Positions 38,904 to 51,800 of a stretch of DNA of 64,000 nt are shown piece after piece. Location of the stretch: NCBI GenBank assembly GCA_964016885.1, contig OZ024742.1, positions 232,066,001 to 232,130,000 of the forward strand. Direction: 5' to 3'. This DNA is from Eledone cirrhosa (lineage: Eukaryota). The number at the start of each line of letters is the position of its first letter. The first letter of the stretch is position 1. A model generated the notes under the pieces. The model did no database searches. It had not been told where the DNA came from and saw nothing but the letters and a program-made list of their open reading frames with translations. A program made the position numbers and the translations under genes.

Positions 38904-41411
38904 AATAATATTGTCAAAACTGGGGAACATTGCAATCACTCAAGGAACATAAAGAAAGCAGGATGTATGTATGTTGTAAAATTAGGTGGCGACAGATTGT
39001 TGAAAATTAGTAACTATTTTAGCTTTGAGAATAGATGAGGCCTACGAATTGTAGGATTTGAAGGAAGGAAGGTGTGTGTGTGTGTATATATATATAAAGA
39101 GAGAGAGTGAGATCTTCCCCACTTCAAAGTTTGAGATATTTTAACACTTGCCACTCTGGTTGTATGATTTCTTCAAAAAACAATCTTCTCAAATTCTTTC
39201 CTCTCAACTTGTCAGTTAAGTCAGTTTTATCAAAGAAAGTTACACAAAGTAAAATTATTTTCATAGACAGCAAATCACTCATCAAACAATCAAAAATTCA
39301 ACAAAAACAGAATCCTATCTAACCAGTGAAGGCATGAGGCCTAGTATTGGTCTAACAATCACAATGTCAAGGGTTTAATTCCTGCACTGTGTAGTGCATT
39401 GTGTTCTTGAGCAAAACATTTAATTTCCCATTGCTCCAGTTCACTCAACCGAAAATGAGTACCAGCAGTAGCAATGGATTAGCATCCTATCCAGGGAAGA
39501 GTCTTGTACTTGTTGATTAATGCCAATGAAACCAGAATAAGCTCCAGCTTGGTGAGTCTTTCAGCTTTGGAAAAAAAAAGAAAATCTCCCAACCAATTTC
39601 TATACAATCATTCAGTTTGCTTGATGTAACATCCCTTAAACTTTCCAATATCTTAAAAATAGAAAATGAGGAGCTGCTAGAAATAGTAAACAAATCTCCT
39701 TCAAACCATATCCTAACAGTGGTTCTTAACCATTTTTTTGTCCCATGCATCACCATAACACATCAAAAAATGTTATGCTCTCTTCAATATAAAAGTATGT
39801 TTGATGTTAAAAATAAATAATGTAAGATTTAGAAAAACTCTCCCCCAAAACTTTTTAAATTACCCTCATGTGGGACATGCACCACATATTCAGAATAACT
39901 GTCCTACCATCTTTAAAGAGGGGAAGATACATTTAGCATTGTAATCCTACATTCACTGTATTTCTAATGAAGGGCACTGCCTATGATTTTTGAATAATTT
40001 TTAAAATGTTTGAGAATTTGGAGAGATTCAGTAATATAACTTTCTCAATTACTAAGTTGGTGTTTGAAACAAAATGTTCTTACATAAAATTATGATGGAA
40101 GGTCTTTTTTAGATAAATATAAATACTTTAACAGTTTTGTACCATAGAACCAAGGGCAATTTCAGGCATTAAAAAACAAAATGACCATGACTAAGACCAT
40201 ATGATTCTTAGATAGCTATATCTGTGCCACATGTCTACTGAAGCAACATTGATTAGGCCTATTCAGCAACTCATCTCCACTTCTAAAATACCAAAATGAT
40301 TTAGCCTAGATATTAACACACACTCATCTTCCTCTTTCGGTCACCTAACAAGGTTTTTGATTTTTCAGTGCAACTACTACATAATAATCATTATTGCTGT
40401 CATTTAACATCCATTCTCCCTGCAAGGGTTGAATGGGTTGTTACAGACCAAGCCAGTACTTAATCAAAGCCATTGACTTTTCAGACAGACCACATCTCCC
40501 TTACATGAGTTCCCACACTCTAGTGAGTGCACTTTATTATAGCACCAGCACCAGGAAGGCTGTTGTGTCTTTGACACGCACAACTGAAGAGTCTTCTTGA
40601 CCCTTTGTTTGGCATGTTTTCTACAGCTGGATGCCCTTCCAATTACCAACCACTTTATAGTGTGCATTTTATCATGTTACCAATACTAGAGAAGTTGTAG
40701 TTTCCTTGTTACCACATGATAACCTTTTCAATATGTAAATGTATTTCAAAGAAAAAAAGTAAATATCTATAATATCCTATTTACAATCAGCATGCACAAA
40801 GTTTAAAATTAGTTTTTAATAACCATTCATTAAAAAAAATTCACATATTTCAAACATCTTTAAAAAGTAAAACTGAACAATGGCTACTGAACTACTTTCT
40901 AGGATGCCAAATCTACATTGCCTTTAACAACAAATGGCTTTTCAAATACAGCTCCACTGCATTTCTCCTCTCATTAACCTCCCCATCTCACTCTTCCACA
41001 AATTGTACACGTCATCTTATACCGATATCATAATAACATCCCCTAAAATCTACACAGCTGCAACACTAATTCTATACACATGAGGAAAATGGACGTAAAA
41101 CGGTGATGACGATGATGATGATGATGATACACACATGAACTAGAATCTTATTCCACAAGTATAGATTACCATTCTTATCAACAAGCTATTGGCTCAATCA
41201 TAAGTTACACAAGAGCACCACTTACTAGCACACGTACTCAGTAACAGAGAAGACCCGCCTTACCTAAATATATAGTAAAACCTACTCCAGCCAGTAGGCA
41301 TCTCTAACAAAATACACCCCGTCCCACCACCCCCACCCCATCCACACCGCCCCGTTCTATGTAAAGTTATGTTGGTGCCGCGCCATCGAGGCCGAAACAA
41401 ATGAGATCGTG

Positions 41412-41655
41412 TAGGTGTCACGACAAAAAAACACACAGTCCACGCTGTAATGTGGCCGTGTAGGCAACACGGTAAAAACCTCCCAGACCCACACTGTAAA
41501 TGTGGTTGGTGTTAGGAAGGGCATCCAACTGTAGAAAACCTGCCAGACAGTCCTATGCGAGCAAGACAATCACTCTTGCCTCAAGTGGGACTACCCCCGT
41601 CCAAACCCATGCAAGCGTGGAACACGGACGTTAAACGTTGATGATGATGATGATA
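41412..41655 (+). mobile_element. (GAT)n-tailed SINE, young copy, with a Meta-like SINE (41651-41874, -, 19-bp TSD) inserted at its tail
   Basis: Near-identical to 45650-45895; TSD TGATACTACTAATATTAAT flanks the second SINE. Confidence 0.9.
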
Positions 41656-44600
41656 CTACTAATATTAATTGTTTCTACTTTTGGCACAAGGCCAGCAATT
41701 ATTCCAGTGTATTACTGGTACTTTATTTTATCGACCCCGTAAGGATGAAAGGCAAAGTTAACCTCGGCGAGATTTGAACTCAGATCATAAAGGGCTGTAA
41801 CTCTTTGCTGCAAAGCATGGCGTCCGACCCTCTACCGATACTGCCAATCCATCGCTGATACTACTAATATTAATACTATTCATCATAGACAAACAACTTC
41901 ATGATACAAAACATAATTAAAATTTAAAGAGAATTAAACACTTTAAAAAATTAAAAATAATTCAACATTTTGCCAATAGAAAAGAAAACATGATTTAACT
42001 GTTTTGTTTACATATTTCTAACAAAAGACACTGCCAGTGATTTACAAATAATTTTTAAAATAATGAAGAATTTAGACAGATTTAGTCAAATAACTATTGT
42101 TATATTTGGAGAGGGTTATGTTGTTATAATATTGCCAGAAATATATAATAAAACACACTCACTCAACACACGATTTCATATCAAAAACCTTGCAAAACAA
42201 ATTCATAGTCATAAGAGAACTAACTTTCACAATACTAAGCTGGTGTTTGACGTATAACTTTTTTACATAAAATTATGATGGAAGGGTTTTAGATAAATAT
42301 GAACACTTTAGAACAAATAGTTTTGTATCATAAAACCAGTGGCAATTTCAAGTGGTTTGGGATCAAAAGAGTTTAATTGCATCTATCATTGACTATGCCA
42401 GTCCTACCTGAGCTCCTAACTGCAAAATATATGCCATACAAAATATAATGTTGCAGTATATACACTATAAACAAGTGAGCTCAATGAGAAGCTTCTCCAT
42501 TTTTCCCTACTGTCTGCATTTTGCCACACCTTTCATTTATTCATCTCTGTGTGTCATAAGTGACTAAAATAGTTGGTGCCAACAAGGGCATTCAGCCATA
42601 AAACAATCTATATATAAATTTCTACAATTCTGTCACAACATGTAAAGAGGAGTAGTTTGACTACCTCATACTACTCCTCTCTCTTTACGTCTGCTGCCTG
42701 CGTGAATGTATGTGTGTAAAAGGAAGGAAGGGGATGGTGAAAAAATACAGCTACCAACAACATGTATGTCCATGTATGTATCTGTGTCAATGTAATCGTG
42801 CCTGTGTTTGCACGTTTATATTTATATACTCATACATATAAATGTATGCATATGCACATGCACGCATATATACACATGAATCAACGTATGGAAAAATATT
42901 CTAGTGCCTCAAAAAGGGCCTCATGACAAATAATAATATATGGACAAGTTACAACCAGAAGCATCTCATGGGGGTCCCCACTCACTCGTGTCAAAACAAG
43001 AGATGTTCAGTCCATTTATGATGGCCAAACACCTAATGTTCCTTGTAAAGATCAGTATTTAAGATTTTGGAAGACAATGGTTGAAATCGAAAGAGGGCAT
43101 ATACATCATATTACTTAGTATTAGTTTATTATAATTGCTGGAGAGATATTAACAGGAAGCTGCATAAGTGTCAGGCTTCTTTCTCTTCACAGCCACCTAT
43201 CACATATGTTGATCAATGCCTTTGATAACGAGATACTTTCTCAGCATACTTTCACTAACTTTGTCACCCAGTTTTAGATTAGATAGTCATGTTTTTATCT
43301 TTACAGTCTGTCAGTTTCATCCTTGTGGAGGGTGCCTCGGAGCTATTTATTCTCTAAACAATTATATTTTTCCATCACTACCTCAGTAAATGGAATGTGA
43401 TCAATGTTATGTCAATGAGGTCATAATAAGGCTAAAATATATCCAGAGTTATCTCCTGTACTTGCTGAAATAATTTTAAAATTAGTCATTAACTAATAAT
43501 GATTTTTTTTCCTTCATTGCATAAATATTTTTCATTACAGTTTTACTCTTTTCATGACAATTTTCTAACAAAATACACAGGCTATGTCTTAATTAATTTT
43601 GAAAATAATAAAAAAATAACTTTATCATAATTATGATGGTGCTTGGAATTTAACAAAAAGTTCCAACATAAAATGATGGGATATTTTGTGTTTAAAATGA
43701 ATACTCTAAATCAAGGCAGTTTTGTTTGGAAAACAAGTAATCTAAGGCAGGACGGTATTAACAATGTTAAGATTTAACTATTCTATTTTTTTAATGTAAA
43801 TGGCTATTCTTGTAATATATAATTTGCATTTCCTTAAAAAAAAACCCCATCTATCATCAACATATAAGGCTGAAAATTGACAGAGTCATTACAATGTCAG
43901 GTAGAATGCTGCATGATATTCATTCCAGCTATCTGCACTGCAAGTTCAAATCCCACCAAGATCAACTTTGCCTTTCATCCTTTCAAGGTCAATAAATAAA
44001 GTACTAGGGGTCAATTCTATCGCTTTCTCACTTTCTCTCTCTGGAAGAAATCATCTGTGCTTAGACCTGGAGAGTCATGATGGTGCGCTCTAAATTCTAT
44101 CATGAGTTACGAGTCCATACATACATCTACATAAAGAAGAAGCAGTTCCAAAAGAGCCATTCATTCATATAGAGTACATGATTGAGTGTTATTAAATAAC
44201 TTTCTTACTGGGAGTTGATTAGGTGACCTAAACACAGAACTTATCTATTACAATGAAACATTACAATAATATATAGGTTTTAGTTAATTACACATGTAAT
44301 TCTTGGTGACTTTGATCTTTCTGTATTGGTGCAGAAGCTGGACACTTACAGTCAACATGGATTGAAAAATCCAAGTGTTTGAACGTAAGTGTTCAGAAGG
44401 TTGCTATACATTTCATACACAGAGCACAAAACAAACAGCTTTGTCAGGCAGCAAGTCACCAAATATGCTGGCAAGCAGGAACCACTTCTTGCAACAGTAA
44501 AAAGATGAAAGCTCACCTGGTATAGATATGTATCCAGCCATGTGTAGTTTTCTCTAAACCGCTTCTCAGAAAGATGCTATTGTTAACTTCTTTCTTCAAT

Positions 44601-44927
44601 ACACTAGCTTTGTTCTACTTTTGTTATTTGTTCCATTAGCTTAAATCTTTTGTAGTTTTATTAATCTAGACTATCATTAATATTCTTGTAGTCATTGGAG
44701 ATAACAACTGCCTGCATAATCTAACAAGATAAGCAAGTGGCATATCTCACTGGTATCCACCCAATAATTTCAGCATCCTAGCAACTATATATTTTTTGCT
44801 GAGATAAGTTTCATAGTGTTATCTGTTATTCTATTTCTTAAAAGTGATGAGTTGTTGACACTATGTTTCTATGATCTTCAATCATCTTCTGGTATGTTGA
44901 ACTATGTTGAGAATTGAATCTGAAATC

Positions 44928-45141
44928 ATTATTTACCAACTGGCGGTGGATTGGCAGTATCGGTAGAGGGTCGGACGCCATGCTTTCCAGCATAGTTACG
45001 TCCCTTTACGATCTGAGTTCAAATCCCGCCGAGGTTGACTTTGCCTTTCATACTTACGGGGTCGATAAAATAAAGTACCAGTAATGCACTGGGTAATTGC
45101 AGGCATTGTGCCTAAAGTAGAAACAATTATTTACCAACTGG
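44928..45141 (+). mobile_element. Meta-like SINE, full length, 16-bp TSD
   Basis: TSD ATTATTTACCAACTGG. Confidence 0.92.
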
Positions 45142-45649
45142 TAAAATTATGTTCTAATCACTAGCCTATAGTCCCAAAAGACAACAGTGCTTTCATTTTA
45201 ATATACTTGTGCATTTTATCTCCATATGAGGTCTGCACAAGTAAAATGTCAACACGAAAAGCATTTATCTAACTATAGTAGGGTTTATAAGCAAGAAAGA
45301 GTAATAAATATAAAGGATGTGATTAAAATGATATGGAGAGGCAGAACAGTAAGAACATATGGATAACTTCCTTAGCTAGATTTGAAAGTGCACATCTACT
45401 CCTTAAATCAAAGTTAAAAAAGTTGATGAAAATTGAGGTATCAGTGCAAATGAGAAAGTAATTTTGCTTAACTCTTATGATATTAAACTGCCTGAAACTA
45501 CTCGTGACAAAACTGTTTGTATTTAGCATGGTTTCATGTAAGAACCTTAAGTTGTACTCCAAAAACGTTTGTTATATTACTAAATCCCTTCAAATTCTTT
45601 ATTATTTTCAAAATTAATTAAAAATGAAAAGTAATGTTTTTTATTATAA

Positions 45650-45863
45650 ACAAAAAACACACAGTCCACGCTGTAATGTGGCCGTGTAGGCAACACGGTA
45701 AAAACCTCCCAGACCCACACTGTAAATGTGGTTGGTGTTAGGAAGGGCATCCAACTGTAGAAAACCTGCCAGACAGTCCTATGCGAGCAAGACAATCACT
45801 CTTGCCTCAAGTGGGAATACCCCCGTCCAAACCCATGCAAGCGTGGAACACGGACGTTAAACG

Positions 45864-45894
<31 letters not shown>

Positions 45895-45895
45895 T
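45650..45895 (+). mobile_element. (GAT)n-tailed SINE, young copy
   Basis: See the 41412 copy. Confidence 0.9.
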
Positions 45896-46691
45896 GGTGG
45901 TAAGGAGTTACGGGATCATACATACAATGTGGTGGGCATAAAAAAGATAACTAGAAACATGATGTGGAAAAAATATTAGTCACCGACTAACATTATTTTA
46001 AATTTGATTCATTTGGCAAGTACAGGAGACACCTGAAGACATGTTTCAGTAATATTAGACTTCCTCAGCATTTTTCATGTGTGTCTGTGTAATTTTTTCT
46101 CTAAACTATTCTAGTTTTCTATACCTACTAATGCACCCTATTGAATATCTATTTAGGCTAGATGAGCATGTAACCTTTCTTGTGTTGGTGCCATGATAAA
46201 ATGGAACATACGAGTAAGGTAGGTCAATCCAACCCACCTGAGCTTGGACTGTGACAATCCATCCAACACATGCCAGTATGGAAAGCAGATGTAAGATGAC
46301 AATGATACTTGAGAATTCTTACATTGCTAATCTAGCTAAATTTTGCTGAGGAAGTCTAACAAGACCAAAACCTGCACATTTGCCAAAAGAACCATTTTTC
46401 CACATCACATGCCTCTTTCCAGTTGATATTTTTTACACTCTTTGATTTGAACATGTTAACACTGACTAAACTTGTTGGCATGCAGATGGGATCTCAATAG
46501 AAGAGTAGTTAGATCTAAATGACAAATGCTTTATTTAACAAATTATTGGAAAATAAAGAAAAATATTACACTCATTTTAAATACAAAGGAGGTGATTACT
46601 TCTACATGTTTCAGTCAACATTTTATAGATCACATACATTAACACAAATATTTAAAAAATGATAGTTTTTCCAGTTTAGTCATGCATATAT

Positions 46692-46900
46692 TTAACCCTT
46701 TTGATACCAAAGTGGCTGAAACTGTTCATATTCATCAAAAACATTCCAATTTTATATAAAATACCTTTCTCAAGTTATGTTCCAAGCACCAGTTTAATAA
46801 GAAAGTAATTACTAAATCCCTCCAAATTTATTATTTTCAAAAAATATTTGAAAATTATAACCAGGGTTTCTCATTTTAAATAGGGTAATGAAAGGGTTAA
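46692..46900. mobile_element. piggyBac-like MITE, abundant family (also ~16081-16300, 17890-18172, 30400-30592, 35410-35642, 36164-36404, 39970-40165, 42000-42375, 45480-45648)
   Basis: TTAACCCTTT...AAAGGGTTAA termini; shared internal ACTAAATCCCTCCAAATTCTT. Confidence 0.8.
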
Positions 46901-46939
46901 GCTAATAAAAAAGGTATCAACAAAAATAAAACAGTTTAC

Positions 46940-47514
46940 CTTCTGTGTCCTGGATGGCATGGACGAGGAGCTGTACTTTTACGAGGGCTCCCAGTTTCAG
47001 CTTTGTAATGGTCATCTTTCATTTCAATAGCAATTTGTTTAGTGGTTTTATGTTGAGAGATCTGCATATTTGTTCGATAATCAACTATAATGGACATAAT
47101 TCCCATTGAAGTTGGAAATCTCCCTGTTTTTAATCTCTGATGATCTGGACCTAGTTCATGTAACTGAGGTGTGCCATAGTATATCTTGTAACATATTATG
47201 TAATTATCAGGCCCTTGCTTTCGAGATAATGTATAACCAGGTGTGATTCTGGAAGTGTAGATTAATGATCGCAAGGCTAAACACATTTTTGAATAAAGAA
47301 CATGTGGCACCCTATTTTCCCGATCCTGATTTTCTTTATTGTCACTAGCCATTTTGAGACCCATATGCCATGTTTCCAAAACCATAGAATCTCCTTCAGT
47401 GGTCTTCAGAGAAATTTCAACACATACTGTTTGTCCAGAGAGAGGTTGGTAACCAGTTGTAAAACTTCGAGCATGTCGATTTAACTCTGGAACATCTTTC
47501 AAAGTTGGAGAAAA
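46940..47514 (-). CDS. ATG13: ATG13 coding exon 2 (bulk of HORMA domain), 575 nt
   Basis: Acceptor TTTCAG|TTT. Encodes CVEISLKTTEGDSMVLETW...SRITPGYTLSRKQG...YIICYKIYYG, close to recalled ATG13 motifs CVEISLKTSEGDSMELEIW and TRVTPAYRLSRKQG. Donor AG|GTAAAC (phase 2). Confidence 0.97.
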
Positions 47515-47694
47515 CTGAAAAAGATAACATTTATACATTAGCAGTAGCACTAACATGATTCATAACAGAGTTGTATATGGAGTAAATGTCACTGATGATG
47601 GATAAAAGCTTTTAAACGCTAGTGTCTGGTATTCTCACACAGCTACTGAGATAGCTGTGGCACGATCACAGTTTAAAATATTCAAATATCAGAC

Positions 47695-47925
47695 GTTTAA
47701 CGTCTATCTTCCACGCTAGCATGGGTTAGACGGGAGTTGTCCCACTTGAGGCAAGATTGGTCGGGTGACCGTGTCTCGCTCGTATAGGACTATCTGACAG
47801 GTTTTCTATGGCTAGATGCCCTTCCTAACACCAACCACATTTACAGTGTGGACTGGGAACTTTTTACTGTGTTACCTACACGGCCACATTACAGCGTGGA
47901 CTGTGTGTTTTTTTGTTGTGACACC
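47695..47925 (-). mobile_element. (GAT)n-tailed SINE, opposite orientation to the 45650 copy
   Basis: Reverse complement matches 45650-45865, including CCTACACGGCCACATTACAGCGTGGACTGTGTGTTTTT. Confidence 0.9.
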
Positions 47926-48419
47926 TTTGTATATGCCTCCATATACACTTCTATTATTTATACATTGTTATACATTTGCAAATGGAGTCATAGTACAACA
48001 GATTCTCTAACATAATAATTAGGAAAGTAGTAATATTTCATTGTAGCTAATTAATAAGAGGCTAAATAAGAGACAGGACATACCAGGGCCAAATGGTTAA
48101 GAAGTTTGCTTCATAATCATGAGGTCTTGACTGTTTGGAAACCTGATAAATTGACTAAACCTGTCAATTCAAAATAAACTCTTGTCATATACCATATCAT
48201 GCTGAATCGCCCAGAGAATTACATTGAGTACACATATCTGTAGAATACAAAGCCTCTTACACATCAATTTCACAAGCAGGCTGTTCCATTGATTGAGTAA
48301 CTGGAACACTCAATGTTGAAATCTGTGGAGGTTCATTTAATTTACTTCTATGACAGAATTTCTTGAAAATGATTTTGGTATTTACTAAACTATAGTGTAG
48401 GATTCAATGAGATAGTAAT

Positions 48420-48889
48420 AATTGTTTCTACTTTTTGGCACAAAGCCAGTAATTACCCCAGTGCATTACTGGTGCTTTATTTTATCGACCACGTAAGGAT
48501 AAAAGGCAAAGCTAACCTTGGTGGGATTTGAACTCAGACTGTCAAGGGTCATAACCCTATGCTGCAAAGCATGGCGTCCGACCCTCTACTGATACTGCCA
48601 ATCCACCGCCCCTACGAGCGAGTAATAATGTAGGTTAACAACATCAGGAGACTTCACAGATATTTTTCATCTTCATTTTTAAAGTTGGCATACATTATAT
48701 TGGTGGATTGGCAGTATCGGTAGAGGGTCGGACGCCATGCTTTGACGCATAGAGTTACGTCCCTTGCCATTCTGAGTTCAAATCCCGCCGAGGTTAACTT
48801 TGCCTTTCATCCTTACGGGGTCGATAAAATAAAGTACCAGTAATACACTGGGTAATTGCTGGCCTTGTGCCAAAAGTAGAAACAATTAT
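48420..48889. mobile_element. Head-to-head pair of Meta-like SINEs (48420-48612 -, 48701-48889 +)
   Basis: Both are full length and oppositely oriented, ~90 nt apart. Confidence 0.92.
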
Positions 48890-51800
48890 ATTTTGATCAG
48901 TCAGTACTAAGACAGAGGAAGATGTTAAACACTTAAATCACAATACAACAAATGTGAATTAAACCAATCATAAAATCATCATCATCATAATAGTTTTTAA
49001 GGTCACTGTTCTATGTTGGTATGGGTTGAACAGGATGTTTTAAGATAATGTATTACAGCTGGATGCCCTTCCTGAAGCCAATCCTTTCAGTTGTTTCTTA
49101 CAACATACAGAGATATGACCTACCTATTCTAAAAAACTGGGATACACATAGAATATTACTAATAATAAAAGAAGAATCTGAGGAAACCAGATGGACTACA
49201 TTAACAAAAATTATCATGTGAAGCCTGTATGCTGTAGAGAAATGAGAATCCAGATGTTTTGAGTCAATCCCTTCTTCAGAGAAAAAAGCTTGTCTCTTCA
49301 ATGTATATTACTGGTACTTGCTATATTGATCTCAAGGCAGTTAAAAGCCTCAGTTGACTATCACAGGATTTGAATATAGAATTGTGAACTATCAAACAAA
49401 CTATTATCTATTATTAAATGTACATTAGTTACTTCAATGATGTAATACCAGATTATACTGGACAGATGTAAAGTGGAATAAATTTATTGTTTTTATTATA
49501 ACGTCCCAGACCAACTCTGATGAAGCAGAGCTATGATAAATAACTGGACAAATGACTAGGTACAATCAACATATCTATAGTTCTAGATATGCAATCTTTC
49601 CATCTAGTGAAAAATTACACATCTCACACGGAATCATCATCACTGCTTAATGTCTATTTTCCAAGCTTATGTGGGTTAGAGAGGCTGTTACATAGTGAGG
49701 CTAGACTAGTCAAGTGAACATGTTTTGCTCATATACTGTTTTTTGCTTGGTTTTCAACAGCTGGATGTTCTTCCTAATGCCAACCATTTTACAGCATAGC
49801 ACCAGCATGACCACCTTACAAGGTGGACTGGGTGCCTTTTGTTGTGGCACTAGCACTGTGGGAGAGCCAGTGACGTGTCATGGGAGTGATTTTGAATGGA
49901 CTGAATTGCACGTAACAGTAATAATTTATTAATATATGGTACAGACTAGGTATAGACTAACTATTTATTGCCTTCTCCCACTTTCCAGTCTGTATTAGTA
50001 TGTCTGCTATTGTTGTTTGGCCCCATGCCAGATCTGATAGAGCTGATGTATGATCAAAGATATTTCAGCTACGACCATCTGGTCTTTTTGTATATCAAGG
50101 AATATACTGTTTAAGATGTCCTGTCTTTTCTAATATAGTAAGGTGTGATTTGAAGAGGATTTGTTTTATTTCTAGCAGGTCAAACAGCCAAATAGAGAAG
50201 ACCTCATTTGTATGCCTGTAGTTGTGCAATGTATGTATGTATGTATGGTCTCCTAACTGATAGAGTCGTAGGAGCACTGTATTGACATATGGCGTTTCTT
50301 GAGCAATTTTAAGCCTGGCAGAGCCCATCTTTCTCCAGGCCTGAGTACAGCAAATTTCTTCCAGAGAAAGATAGAAAGTGAGAGGGAGGAAATGAGAAAG
50401 AGATATATCGACCCCAATACTAGACTGGTACTTTTTTTTTTATCAACCTCGAAAGGATGAAAGGCAAAGTTGACCTCAGTGGGATTTGAACTCAGAGAGC
50501 AGAGAGCCAGAACTAATATCATAAAGCATTCTATCCGACATTCTAATGACTCAGCCAATTCGCTGCCTGGTTGTGGAATAGTAGAGGCAAATAAGATGGA
50601 CTTGGAGTGCAACAGTTATTGTTGTTCTGCTTTTATTATTATTAGTATGCATACCAGTACAGTATTTGCACTAATGGTAGTATGGATACAGATGCAATGT
50701 TTGTATGTATGTGCTTTTTATATTTACCAAGGGGTAATCTTTATATGATTGTGTGAAGTTATATTGAATAGATGTGTCTGGTGGTGGTATTGTTTAAACC
50801 CAGGTCAGAACTGATCTGGCAGGCCTATATTCAACTTAGTCTATCCTTCTCTGTGTGCTAGTTGTTATGTATAGAATGATCCTGTTTACATTAAGACAAA
50901 AATGGTAGAATGACAAACAAAATATCTTTTGTGTTTCTGAAGTCAATAAATAATATAACTCGCATCAATTAATTATTGAACTAAATAGGATGTATTGATA
51001 ATTTAAACTGCGTAGAAAGTAAAGTTAATTGGGGATTTTTTTGGCGCGGGGGGGGGGGGGGGGGGCTTTGGATAAATTTATACAATAGCCTGTTGTTATT
51101 TCTTCCAAGGATGTAATTGGGTTCTTCATCACAAGTTACAAGCCCCTTTTTTGTTTGTAGAAGAGATAATAGGTATTGGTTTAAGTCTCAAAATATCGGC
51201 TAAATAAAAACAACACTAAGTTTATCTGAGTACACATATATATAAGTACCAGTCAAGTACTGAGAAGATGGGTATTGGTATAATTAACTATACGTCTCTC
51301 CACAACTTTGTGGCCTTATTAGAAATTATTATCAAGGGTGTTAGTGATGAATATATGAAGAGATCAAGCTGTTTTGTACGTTTTATGGATAAAAGTGGAA
51401 AGAGTTGAGTTCTTTAGAATGCACAGGGAGAGGACGTGAAATGATGATGGTGATAATTAAAGTATCTTAAATGAGCTAACAATACTGGATCGCCTGAGAA
51501 GGAAGAGATCCCTTAAGGTATCTGTATATTTTTAAGATGTCAAGAAAAATTAACTGTTTCTTTCAACTAATGGGAGAGGAAAGGAGAAAGGAAAGTATCC
51601 TTAATCTGATCCAGATGCTTGCAACAGAGTGGACTCCCTGAGAGGCACTCAAAGACCAGGCGGTGTTAAACCGAGCGATAGATTAAGTCTACCATCCAAG
51701 TAAGCTATAGCAGAATTTGAACACAGAACGTCAAGAACCCAAAACAACTCATCCAACGCTTTAACAATTCCGTTAATCCACTACACTAGACAGGTAGTTT

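Noticed and set aside
42925-43100. Possible Penelope RT remnant (Q..G..MGSP-like, RFWK)
   Set aside because: Too decayed to support as a feature.
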